From assembly GCA_047967505.1 (NCBI GenBank), contig CM106538.1: a stretch of 64,000 bases of DNA. One strand, written 5' to 3'. The notes under the pieces were generated by a model that saw only the letters and a program-made list of their open reading frames with translations, did not search any database and was not told the DNA's origin. This document shows positions 1 to 12,223 of this stretch, in pieces (the stretch's first letter is position 1; the number at the start of each line of letters is the position of its first letter). The DNA comes from Dipteris shenzhenensis (Eukaryota). The position numbers and the translations under genes are program-made.

Positions 1-826
1 GCTCAACTTGGAGGGAATAATTCACACAGCTGGAGAAGAGTTTGAGAGGGCTTTCTGTGCAAAACTAAACCTTGAATACCAAAGTAAGTTCACCACAGAG
101 CATAGATGAAGTAGTGCGTCTTTTTGTATGGGACAGCTGCGCCTTCTTTGACTGTCTTTTCTCTGATTTCTCCTTGCTCCAGCAAGCATTGGCCTTCAAA
201 ATTCACTAGCAGTAGGCTCTAGGCATGGACCAACTTGTGCTCAGGGAAGGGCTGAGCAGAAAGGCGAAATTGCACGATTTGACGTATGAGCTTGCTTGGA
301 TCAGCGCGGGTGTTTTACTCCATCTCTAAGAAAATGCTTTGGGCCAGAGGAGCGCCCCATAGTGTAGAGTCTTCATCTAGGAGGGCTTGGCAAAAGACGC
401 AAGGGATGAGGAGAACAGAGCTAAGCCATTTTTGAGAAGGAAGGAGAAAGAAAGCTCAAAAGGAGGTGGTGGAGAAGATGATGAGGTGGCACTACCAAAA
501 TGGGTTCTCCAAAGCCTACCGCTCTGATACCAAATGTAGAAGAGTGTGGGGTAGAAGATATGCATCATGGCACAAATAGTGTGAGCACAAGTGAGGCAAA
601 CTCCATGTATATCAGTGGCAATCAGCCCCTACATCAGTGGGACTGGCCTAAATCAAAGGAACCTCCTATGTGGGAGCCTTTGGCTTACATCATCACTTAG
701 GTCACACACTAGAAACATCATAGCACTAGATCTGCATCTACAACACACACACACACACACACATGTGACTCCCCTAGATGCACACATGCACCTTAGAGCA
801 AGCCCTTGACCATACTTATCCCAACA
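1..826 (-). mobile_element. 5' end of an LTR retrotransposon (Copia-like): LTR 535-826, PBS 521-532, leader running off the window start
   Basis: Minus strand reads TGTTGG...TACA (826-535), TT, then TGGTATCAGAGC (tRNA-iMet PBS). It truncates the Gypsy RT region at 827. Superfamily is inferred from the termini only. Confidence 0.75.
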
Positions 827-1870
827 TGTTGGACAAGTTCTGTCAGTCCAATAGCGATGTCCGAATAGAAATGTACGGACCTCCTATAATATCCCACATG
901 TCCTAAAAAATACTTCACCTCTTTGGGTGTACGAGGGATTGGCAATGAGATTATCACATCTACCTTGGCAGGGTCGGTAGTCATCCCCTCAGCAGAAACA
1001 ATATTTCCAAGGAGAACACCTCTGAGTGTGAGAAAGAAGCATTTGTCAAGGTTTAAGCACAAGCAGGCTTCTCTGCACTTATCAAATACCCATCTCAACT
1101 TGTATAGATGATCATTTTGTATCAAGATGAGAGGCGGCTTTACCATTAAAACAAAGAATTCATCTAGAAAGACTTCAAGAAACTTGCCTAGATTCTCCTG
1201 AAAGAGTTTGGTGAGAAGTCATTGGAAAGTTGCCGGTGCATTACTCAACCCAAAGGGCATCATTCTGTAGGCGTACGTACCCCATTGAGTGACAAATGTG
1301 GTCTTTGACTGATCCTATTCTCTGACTCGAACTTGGTTGCATCCACTATATCTGTCCATGAATGAGCATAGAGCATGACCTGCCACCGTCTCCAACACTC
1401 TATCGATTAAGGGAACGGGAAACCTATCACGTCATGTTGCAGCATTCAAGCTCTTGTATTTAACACATACCCTGAGTTTGCCAGTCTCTCTTTTGGGCAC
1501 AATGACAATCTTGTTGACCCAATCAGACTAATCAACCGAGTAGATTAACCCTTCTTGCTCCATTTTTTGTATATCAGCTCTGATTTGCCTTGCCATAGTT
1601 GGGATTCATGCGGTATGGACCTCTAATCATAGGGTCTGCATTTGGGTATAAGTCGATGCGATGCTCCATGAATTCAGCTGGCACCCCCTTCAGATCTTTG
1701 TAGGACCAAGCAAATACATCCACAAATTCATGGAAAAAATCAGTTACTGCTAGAAAGATAATACCTTCAAATGCCAAGGTTGGGGTCCTCAGTCCCGATG
1801 TTGAGGTACCGCCAATTCCGTGCCTCATCAATGGGGGTAATGCTTTGGGATGTGGAGGTACTTGGCTCAC
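827..1870 (-). pseudogene. Gypsy A reverse transcriptase, disrupted
   Basis: ORFs 1574-1870 and 793-1146 plus intervening frames carry Gypsy RT motifs. Confidence 0.85.
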
Positions 1871-2834
1871 CCATACCCAATCCTATATGTGCGGGAGAAG
1901 CTTGAAGGGGAAAATCCCCCTCCATTTCTCGCAACCAAGATGGTGGAAAAGTAACTGGTGTGTTCTCTTGCACAGGTTGAGATGTAGAGTCAGTAGGTGT
2001 TATGTTCCTTTGATGCCTCCGTGCCTGTTTGAGCATTCCCCTGTAAGGTAATCCTTCCACCTCATAAGTGGTTCCAGGAAGTCTGCTATGGAGGGGTGAT
2101 CCGCCTCTAATAAGTAAAGGTCAAGTAGAGTCAGGTCAGCCATGTCCTCATCTCCATATCCGGTGTGCACCCTGTGTCTCCCCAAGACATCAAGCTCTTG
2201 GTGTTGATCCCGCTCAAGATCAGCCATGTCTGTGTCAGTGTCTACTAAAGCACCATCACCATCAGTGTCTTCTCCACTACTGCTAATGTCCTCTGCATTA
2301 CCATCATTGTACTCCGTAGTCCTATCATTGTACTCCATAGTACCATCATTGTGCGCTGGAGTACCATTGGTGTCCTTTGCAATACCGCCATTGTACACAG
2401 TATTACCATCATTGTATGCTATAGGACCATGAGCATTCGCTTGACCAATGTCATCAATGTCGGCCACCGGATTAGCAGAAGTGTTCACTGTAGTACCATC
2501 ATTGGCCTCGGTTTGACATGAATAAGTCATAACCTCTGCCTCCACTACCATGTCGCCTTGTCTCGGAGGCATATTTCTTCCCTCACCACCACCTTGTCCA
2601 GTACCTCTAGTCAACATTCTCTGATACATGTGTGGACACCACTTTAGCCAGACCGTGTGCACATGCATCCTGGTTTATCTCTGATACCCTACTTGTAGTG
2701 CCAAGGTGTTCCTTAGAATCTTCTTGTTGGCATAGTTTCACCATGTTGACTGCTAAGGAGCCTAGGGTTCCCATCCAATCAAAGATGACAGCTTTCTCCT
2801 CTTCTTGGTCAGCCCGATCCAATAAGTAGGTCAA

Positions 2835-4289
2835 GGTGGGAGAGGGGACCTGCATCATCTTTGGGGTCTTGAAAAGCTTTCCGGAGGCTTCCAGAGGAGA
2901 CCAAGTCTCAGTTGACAGGACATCTCAGAGGGAGTGCAGGGAGGATCTTGCAGATTGAGGTAGCCCTTCCAGAGGAGTGGGTAGACACATATGATATGCC
3001 ACTCACTTGCTCCACTTGGGCAGGTACTTTTTTGAGAGGCAGTGTTCCGCTTCAGGTTTTGGCCTTTTGAGATGCACAGGAGGACGCTTTGGTTTTTACT
3101 GTGCAGGATGGTGGCAGATTGCTGAAATCCACAGAGGACATCTTGCTTGAGTCTGCTTTTCAGCCTATCAGGGTCGTAGGTCTTTTGGTGTAGGGATCAG
3201 ATTCAGAGTGGTTCCTCGACCCAGACCCCCGGCTTCTCTCCACCGAGTCTTGGAGGCTTTGGCTTTACGGGGGAGTTCCCATTAGGTATTTGCAGTGGGA
3301 CCCTGGAGAGTGGGAGTGGATTGACGCAAGGCATCGAGAGAAGAGCATCCCCTTCTTTTGTTACACAGTCAGTAATGCCAAGAGATTTCAGCTCAGTGAT
3401 AGAGGTTGGAGGCCTTCCAAAGTTCCTCATTGGGAGACATTTGATATCACAACGAATCTGCAGAGGTGCTTCTGAAGGAGACTCTGGAAATCCCACAGGA
3501 ATAGAAAGATCACTCTTTTCTTTTGGCTTTCTATCCATGGTGGGATTGCAGTGAACCTTTGGAGATCCAGGTTCAGAGCCGACCCTACTTGCCCTCGTTG
3601 CCTCTCTGCTTCGGAGTCTATTCAGCATTGTTTATGGGACTGCAGACAGGCGAGGATGATTTGGATGGGGGTAGCCAGGATTTTCAGCCACTTTGCCCAC
3701 CCCCCATTCTTTATGACATGGGGCTCAGTGGCTTGGCTTTCTCTTACAGGGCCTCAGGTATTCTATGAGAGACTTGACTCCTCTCGGGCCATTTTGGTTT
3801 GACGTCATCAGATTGAGTCCTGTTCGTTCGATGTGGTACCACACCTTCCTTTTACAGATGTACATGTCTCGGTTGGATACTTCTTGGGAGATTATAGCGA
3901 GCATTGCATCCTGGCATATCTGGAGGGCCAGATGTACAGAGACTATGGAGGGTACTCGGGTTCATCCCTCGCACACTTGGGCTAGTATCTGGACAGATAC
4001 CGTACATACTTTGATGGCCATATGGATGAGGATACAGGGAGACTCCCTTGCAGCCTCAGCTAGGAGGGCTTCTTTCTTCAGGGAATCGAAGGACTCTCCT
4101 TTCTTCTCTGAGACTCTTACAGGGTTGAGGTGGCACTTTCAGCCTCAGCCTTGGTTGTTTTTCACCTCACTTTGAGGGGGTTTTATTTATCCTCATGATT
4201 TCATGATGTTGTATTTTCGCTCAGAGCTTGCTCTAGCGAGTTTCTTTCTTACTTAATAGAAGTCTCTTTTTTGAAAAAAAAAAAATAAT
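2835..4289 (+). mobile_element. 5'-truncated copy of the dominant L1/Tx1-type LINE with 14-bp TSD
   Basis: AATAAGTAGGTCAA at 2821-2834 and 4290-4303; poly(A) from 4274; zf-RVT CPRCLSASESIQHCLWDC and the family 3' tail. Confidence 0.93.
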
Positions 4290-4363
4290 AATAAGTAGGT
4301 CAACCTCTCGAGCCCTTCCAACGCCCTTGTCTCTTCTTGCCCATCTTGGTCACCGCCAATTGG

Positions 4364-5031
4364 CTAGTCCCCAAAAGCCCAACACTCCTCTTCCACTTCA
4401 AAATCCTCTTCTCCTACTTCTATTGGGAGGTGTCGTGCCTTTACTGTGACCAAAGCTATTTCTAGATATGTGGATCCCAAGGGCAACCGAACTTCATCAG
4501 TTGACCAATCTTGAATGGCCTTTGTTGATCGCAACCAAGGGCTTCCAAGAAGTAGAGGATACGTTTGTTCATTTTCGGTCATATCGAGGACAACAAAATT
4601 AGACATGAAAGTTACTCCACCAATCTTCATGTGAACACCTTTGACTGTCCCGTTGGATTCACTTTGCGCTGATCAGTCATGCGCACTTGAAAATGAACAT
4701 CATATGTCAACTTCAAACCAAGTTGTTTCAATGTACCTTTTGGCATGATGTTCACAACTGCCCCACCATCTAGAAAGATGTCGCTCAGCTCCACTCCATT
4801 AATATCCACCGTGAGCTTTGGACTTTGTTCACATTTGAGGGCAGCGTAGGTGGAGCAGTGATCTGCTGTCAACCCATGTTGAACCGGTATTGTCTCCGGA
4901 ATGGATACCCTATGTCGTCCTCTTGGCATGCGATTGAGAAATGCAATGGTCTGATGCTTGATTTGGGGAGACAACAAACAAAGTTGTCGTAGAGTGATGT
5001 TGGGCTTGAAATCCAGAAGATCTTCAAACAA
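4364..5031 (-). pseudogene. Gypsy A aspartic protease region, frameshifted
   Basis: LDGGAVVNIM active-site-like motif; FVVLDM...YPLLLGSPWL. Confidence 0.8.
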
Positions 5032-7122
5032 AGAGTAGGGCTGGACACTAGTGGTAGCCTTTGTGACCTCATCCTTCTAGCTTATGGCCGAGGGTTAAAG
5101 CTTACGCGAGGGCGAGGATGTACTTTAGTATTGTGAGTCATTGTCTCCTGTGGTGTCTCTTCCATCACCCCTTTCCCTTTTTCTTGGTCACTACTAGGTC
5201 TTACCCCCATATCCTTCTCTTTGTTGAGTCTGTGGCTGGGGAAAAAGTGGATGGACCTGCTTGTGCCGCAGTCTCCCTGTGCTGTCCTAGGGTTGTCACC
5301 TCCGTTGCAAAGCTCACTGTTTTGGACTTGCAGGAAGGAATCTGAGGTGTGCTACCTTCATCCTCAGAACTAGATTGAAGACCTCTGGTAACACTCTTAA
5401 CCACCTCCTAGTACCTTAAAGGCATAGAGTGATCTCATCGAAAGATGAGGCACTTCTGGAGCTAGTGGTAGACCTTGATGACTCTGTGTCCTTCGAAATT
5501 GTTTCTGATCAACTATCAAGAAAAAGCAAGGGTGGTCTATTCCTCAGCATACTATGTACCTTGGAGGGAGGGGATGACTTTGGTGGGGATACACTTGTGG
5601 TACTGGTCAGTGATGAGGCCTCCGGTCCTGATTTTGAGTCGTCCTTACATTTGTCACCTTTTGTTTGTGACCTTGTCACCGCTCCCAATACTGTGCCAAT
5701 CAAGTGGGGGTTGTTGCCCTCCCCCGCCTTAGCCATATTGACTTGAGATGATGGTTCCACTCTTCCATTGGGACAATCTCTGGTGTAGTGGTCATTTGTG
5801 TTGCACTATGTACAAGAGGGTCCCTTGAATGGATGTGTACAATCATCTTGGCCATACTCTCCACATCTGTAGCACATGATGGGTCTTTGAAAGTTGGTAC
5901 CTCTGCCTGCACCTCCACGTCCACCTCGAAAACCACCCTGTCGACCACGTTGATAAGGAGGTCCATATCCACCTCCTAACATAGGTGGTTGGTACGGTGC
6001 ATAGTAAAGCTGATGATATAATATGGGGTCCCAACCGGATTGGGTGCAGGAGCTTGGAGGAAAGGTAGATTAGGAAGTAATGGAGGCAGAATGATAGGTA
6101 CGGGTGTCGGGCTAGAAGTTATCGGTGCGGCTGTGTTGACTGTAGCAACTAGCGGTTCCCCCGAAGAATACTCTGGAAGAAGCTTCCTTAAGTCTTTGAG
6201 GTACCTACACTCAGAGGCATCATGTCCATGGATATCACAAAATATACAAAATGAGGTAGAAATAGGTATCTTACGCTTAGAGGGACACTCCCAGTGACCA
6301 TGGCCAGAACCCTTGCATTCTGTGCACCAAAGACTACTTCTAATATGGGCCTCAAAGGACGACTGGCCATCCACCTTTGTATTCTTGAGACCTTCATTGA
6401 TTTCTTCCAACTCCTTCTTTAGTTGCTACCATGCGGACGAGCCCTCCTCTCTGGGGAGCTGGGTGGTCGAAGTTGATGATGAGGCAAAACTTAACTGTGA
6501 CCGTTCCATCTTGACTGCTTCCTTCAGGATTTCTTGGAGTGAAGCATGTTCAGGGATTTTGTCAACCAGCCTTATACAATGATAGGGGGTGATGCTTTCA
6601 AAAACCACCCCTTCATGACAACATCATTAGGTGATACATACATCTTTGCCGCCAAGACCCTCATCCTTGTGTACATCTTAGAGATGCTTTCCCCAAGCTT
6701 CATGGTGTCAATGGACAACTCCTGGACAATCGTATGTTCAAACTTCTCAAGTTTGAAAGTCCCTAAATATTCCTCCCTTAGAGCTGCGTTTGAAAATGGT
6801 TAGGGGAAAATTGACTATGCCATACAACAGCTGCATCCTCTAATGACGATAGAAAGATGCGAAGGAAGGCATGCTCGTTCTCCACACCTTTTTTTTTTTT
6901 TCAAAAAAGAGACTTCCATTAAGTAAGAAAGAAACTCGCTACAGCAAGCTCTGAGCGAAAATACAACATCATGAAATCATGAGGATAAATAAAACCCCCT
7001 CAAAGTGAGGTGGAAAACAACCAAGGCTGAGGCTGAAAGTGCCACCTCAACCCTGTAAGAGTCTCAGAGAAGAAAGGAGAGTCCTTCCATTCCCTGAAGA
7101 AAGAAGCCCTCCTAGCTGAGGC

Positions 7123-7579
7123 TGATACACTATTTACTACCATCTGTTCCTTTCGTCCAATCACGGGCAATCACAGGCGATGACATCGTATTTTTCCTCC
7201 CAGCCTCTCTCATGGATTGCATGCACACAAAGATATGTAATTACATTCCTTCATGCCTATCCACAAGCCCACAATTCCCTAGATGGTTCCCTCCTGCCAC
7301 ATGTCATCATTTTAGACCTTTAGCTTGGTACACCATTTACCCCTCTCTTGGGGCACAATTAAAACATTTTCCCCTTGGCATTCTCACACATTTAGATGCA
7401 CCTAGGCCTAAGCACTCAGAACCACCTAGTCGATGTCAATACACCCTCACCTAGGACCTTGGCAGTTACTTCCCTTGACCATTTAATTTACGCACATGAA
7501 ATATTACAGAAGTCAGTCATTTAAGAGAAAATGCCCACCGATCTTTCCGAGGTCATGCTATCTCAGCTAGAGCATAACA
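7123..7579 (-). repeat. 3' LTR of Gypsy B
   Basis: Direct repeat of 19486-19942; TG..CA termini; adjacent purine tract GAAGAGGGAAGGAA on the minus strand. Confidence 0.95.
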
Positions 7580-10500
7580 TTCCTTCCCTCTTCAAGCATC
7601 ATCATCCTCGATGATGAAATCTAGGAATACTCTCCGTAACTGGTATACGGATTCCCAGGTAGCTTTTGATAGAGGTAGACCATGCCATGCAACCAACACC
7701 GTGGGTATCTTCCGATTGCGCACTTGCATTGTTCCTCGGTCCAGGATTCCTGTTGGTTTGCGTCTTGCATTATCCTCTATCTCCTGAAACAAAACAACAC
7801 CTTCGATTAGTGAGTCACCTGTATGCAAAAATTTCTTTAAATGAGAAACATGAAACACTGGTGGGTGCACCTTACACCCCTGTGGTAATTCTAATTTATA
7901 GGCTACCTTGCCTATTCTTTTTAGAATTAACCATGGCCCACAATATCGAGGTGATAACTTAGTACACTCTCCTGCAGTCAAAGACTTAGAGTGCGAAGGA
8001 ACTCTGAGAAAAACTTTTTCCCCTTCCTTAAATTCTCTAGCGAATCGATTTTCATCCGCATACGCCTTGGCTCTATCCATAGCTTGGCGGATGTTAGCTC
8101 TCGCAAGTGCTAGCATCTCCCGCATCTGAACCACAAAGTTCGTGGCACTAGGCACTTTCTGAGGTATTCCAACTATAGTTGGATTCGTTGGTCTATAACC
8201 ATAGTTCAACTCAAACGGACTGAACCCTGTAGAGGAATGTTTTCTATCATTGTAGGCAAACTCTAACAATGGCAACCACTTGTCCCATGTATGTTGCCTC
8301 AATGACACATATGCTCTAAGCATATCCTCTAAAATTTGATTGATTGTTTCTGTCTGACCATCCGTTTCCGGATGATCCCCACTACTCATTTCTAACTCAG
8401 TCCTTAGTGTCTCAAATACCGCAGTCCACAAATGACCGGTAAATTTGACATCTCTGTCTGACACTATGGATTTGGGTAATCCATGCAGACGAAATGTATG
8501 TCTAATAAACAAATCCGCTACTTGCGGAGCACTAACAGATTCTCTAGTTGGAATGAAGTGAGCCATCTTGGTAAGATGATCAATCACCACAAGGATAGAA
8601 TCATATCCACCTTGTCGTAGGCCGTCCTACAATAAAGTCCATGGAAATGCTCTCCCACTTAGTGGTATCTCCAAAGGCTGTAAAAGTTCGGGTGGCTTCA
8701 CCCACTCTGCCTTACTTACCTGACACGAAAAACAACGTGTCACATATTCATGAATATGCTTTTTCATCTTTGGCCAAAAGAAATCTCGCTTCACGAGATC
8801 ATATGTCTCTCGACTCCTAGATGTCCCGTACATGGGCTATCATGGCATTGTTGAATGACTCTCTGCCTGAGATCATTTTGATTAGGTACTACTACCTTGC
8901 CATTTCTTTTCAGCATACCATCCCTTATGGCATATCTTGCATAAGTTTGGCCTTTTCTGGATGGCAGGTCATCCTTTTTCCCGGGTTTTAACATATGAGC
9001 CTTAGGCCATAGGCTCTGGACAAACTCGTCCACCTTTTGAGTTTCTCTAATCTTGGCCATTAGAGCACTCTCTAACACTGTGAAACTCATGTTATGCATA
9101 ATGTGTGACAACGCATCAGCAACTTTATTATCCTTCCCTCTTTGGTACCGGATCATCAAATTAAACTCCTGCATGAGTTCTGCCCATCTAGCTTGGCGGC
9201 CTCTTAAGTCAGGTTGTTTACAAAAATGTTTCAGAGTATCATGATCAACATCCACATAAAACTCTGATCCATACAAATAATGTCTCCATGTTTTCAAAGC
9301 ATGGACAACAACATACAGCTCTAATTCATGAGTTGGCCAATTTCGTTGAGAGGGAGAAAGCTTCTTGCTTTCAAAGGCTACTGGCCTTCCCTCTTGGAGG
9401 AGAATTGCTCCAACCGCAATGCCACTTGCATCGGTTTCAAGAAACAACGGTTTCTGGGGATCAACTATTTTTAACACCGGTCCTGAGACCACAGCTTGTT
9501 TTATGGTGTTAAAACTTTCTTGTTGATTCAGTCCCCATATAAAAGATACTTTATCTGAGGTCAGATCAGTCAATGGCGCTACTATTTTGGAATATCCTTT
9601 GATATGCCTTCGATAAAATTGGACAAATCCCAAGAATGATCGCAAAAAGCGGTCAAACTCTAAGGGATTGGCCAAGTCAGTATTGCAACCACTTTCTTTG
9701 GATCCATTTCTACCCCCTCTGGAGTAATTATGAATCCTAAATATTCAAGTCTAACCATACACAGTATAGTTTTCTTCTTATTTACATAAAGATTGGCTTT
9801 CCTCAAAGTACTGAACACTATTCTTAAGTGTTCATGATGCTCAGTAATACTTTTACTGAATACCAGAATATCGTCAATAAAATGTACTACAAACTTTCCA
9901 ATATAAGGACGTAGTAAATCATTCATAAGCATGACGAATGTAGCTGGAGCATTGGTAAGTCCAAAGGGCATTACCAAAAACTCATAATGACCAAATCTGC
10001 TTCTAAAAGCGATTTTATGCACATCCTCGGCTCTAATACGGATCTGACACTCGAGTTGCTGCTCCTCCCCGCTCCCTTGCTGCACCCTCTCCCTTAGCCC
10101 GTCCCTCCCTCTCTCCCTTGCCCTCAGCCCCTCCCTCTCCCTCAGTCGCTCCCTCCCTTCCCCTCCTCCCCTTCAGCCTGCCCCCTTCCTGCTCACTTTC
10201 TCTCCTCCCCCTCTCAGCCTGCTCCCCTGCCCCCTCCCCCTGCCTGCTCCCTCGCCCCCTCCCTACCCCTCCGCCCCCTCCCTGCCTACTCCCCCGCCGC
10301 CTCTCTGCCTCTCCGCCCCCTCCCTGCCTCTCAGCCCGCCCCCTGCTCCCCCGCCCCCTCCCTGCCTGCTGCTCCCCCGCCCCCTCCCTACCTCTCAGCC
10401 AGCCCCATGCTCCCCCACCCCCTCCCTGCCTGCTCCCCCGCCCCCTCCCTACCTCTCCACCCCCTCTCTGCCTCTCAGCCCCCCGTCCCCTCCTCTCCCT

Positions 10501-10904
10501 CTCCTCCCCCTTCCCTTCACTCGCCGCTCCCTCTCCTCCCCCTTTCAGCCTGCTCCTCGCCCCCTCCCTGCCCCTCCCTCTCCTTCCTCTCCCTCTCCTT
10601 CCTCTCCCTCTCCCTCTCCTTCCTCTCCTCTCCCTCTCAGCCCTTCCCCTCCCAGCCCGCCCCCTTCCAGCTTCTCCTTCCTCTCCCTTTCCTATTCCTA
10701 GCCTGCCCCCTCCCTCCCTCTCAGCCTGCCCCTCTCCCCTTCAGCCTCTCAGCCTCTCCCCTTTACCCCTCCCCTTCTCGCCCCTTCCCCCTGCTCCCTC
10801 CTCGCCTCCTTTTCCTTTTTTCTACCCCCCTTTCTCCCACAGCTTTTTTTGGAGCAGAAGGAGCCTTTAATTTGTTAGAGTCGGCCTCCTCACCTCAATT
10901 GGCG

Positions 10905-12223
10905 ATGGATACTCCGTCAGCCATTCCTACTCCACCTCCACCGGCCGCAAAAACTATTACCTTTTCTAAAGACGAGTTGCAGCAGCTCAAGAAGGATGTA
11001 GAGATTGAATGCTCTACCACGTTGCTAGCATGCATCTTTGGGTCTCACCCCTCCAGATCCCAAGCCAGAGACTGGATGCTTGCGGCTCTCCCCCTAGACC
11101 TCACTCCACGATTGTTAGATGTTCGTCTTCTGGGATGAGGTTTTTTCCAGGTTGTTTTTGACACTCCAGAGGCTGCGAGCACTGTGCTCAAGGCTGAGTT
11201 TTTACACCTGGGACACAGGAAGATCTTCTTTGAAGCCTTTCATATTGGTTTCGACCCAGTGGAGGCAGATAAGAAAATATTTTCGCTCTTCATCAGATTC
11301 CCCGGGCTTCCCTATGTTTACCATCGACTTCTTTCTGTTATTGGGAAGAATTTTGGCGCAGTTGCTGAGATCCCACCCCTCCCTGGGTTGCCATTGACTA
11401 CAGCAGAGGCAATCAAGGCTGATGGGGTTCCTAGAGTTAGGGTCCTTTGTAAGGATCCTAACCTCAAGATGGATTATGTTATGATCCAACGCCCAGATGG
11501 TTCCTTTTTTCGCGAGAGAGTAGAGATTTCAGGCAGACAGGACCAGTGCAGGATTTGCAGGACCTCTGGACACTTTGCCAGGGATTGCCCCAGGAAGAAG
11601 AAAAGACCCAAGAAGCCCTCTAGTACAGCTACCGCCCCATGGCCTCGATAGGGTGGGCAGGGGGGTGGTATAGGTCCAGCACTTGCTCCTCGGCCTCGAC
11701 AGAGGGGTGGTATAGGTCCAGCACCTGCTCCTCGACCTTCGCATGGCGGTCCTCCTCAGATTGGTGGTGGTACAGGTCCAGGACTTGCTCCTCGGCCTCG
11801 ACAGGGGGGTGGTTGAGGCAGGAGAGGTCTCCGCGGCTGGGGCAGACACACGATAGAGAGCATTCCTCACTTCCTCCCTTGGATAGGGGGAAGGGGATAG
11901 CTTACACTATTGATCCTCTTTCCTCACAAGGGATCCTTCGCACTCTGGTGTCTGGCTTGCTCCACAGGAACTCGTTTTCAGCCTTGGTAGAGGGTTCAGA
12001 TTTCCCAGAGGAGGAGTTTGTGCCCGCTACTTTTGGAGAGCCAGTGATTGGGTTTCCTGTTGACAGGGCTTCTTCTTCAAGTGCCAGGGTTCTTTCCCCT
12101 GTTGATTTTCTGCCACTTGGTTCCATCCCTCCCTCCTCGAGCAGGTGGTCTTCCCCTGTTGAGGGGTTTGTTTCCGCCACTAGGTCGGGTAAGGTGTTCC
12201 ACTCTACATCCTCCCGTCGATGA
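10905..12223 (+). pseudogene. LINE ORF1 (gag-like, zinc knuckle), with premature stops
   Basis: MDTPSAIPTPPP start; DVRLLG*GFFQV; CRICRTSGHFARDC followed by basic PRKKKRPKK; Gly/Pro-rich repeats. Confidence 0.85.

Noticed and set aside
743-763. (AC)n microsatellite
   Set aside because: Ordinary simple repeat within an LTR.
4217-4272. Hairpin plus T-tract resembling a rho-independent terminator
   Set aside because: It is the 3' UTR of a eukaryotic LINE, and the T-tract is separated from the stem.
10118-10870. Pro/Ser/Leu-rich ORFs resembling extensins (also 21376-21870, 47691-48337, 60537-61216)
   Set aside because: They are translations of the C-rich LINE 5' UTR, with non-ATG starts and no protein conservation between copies.
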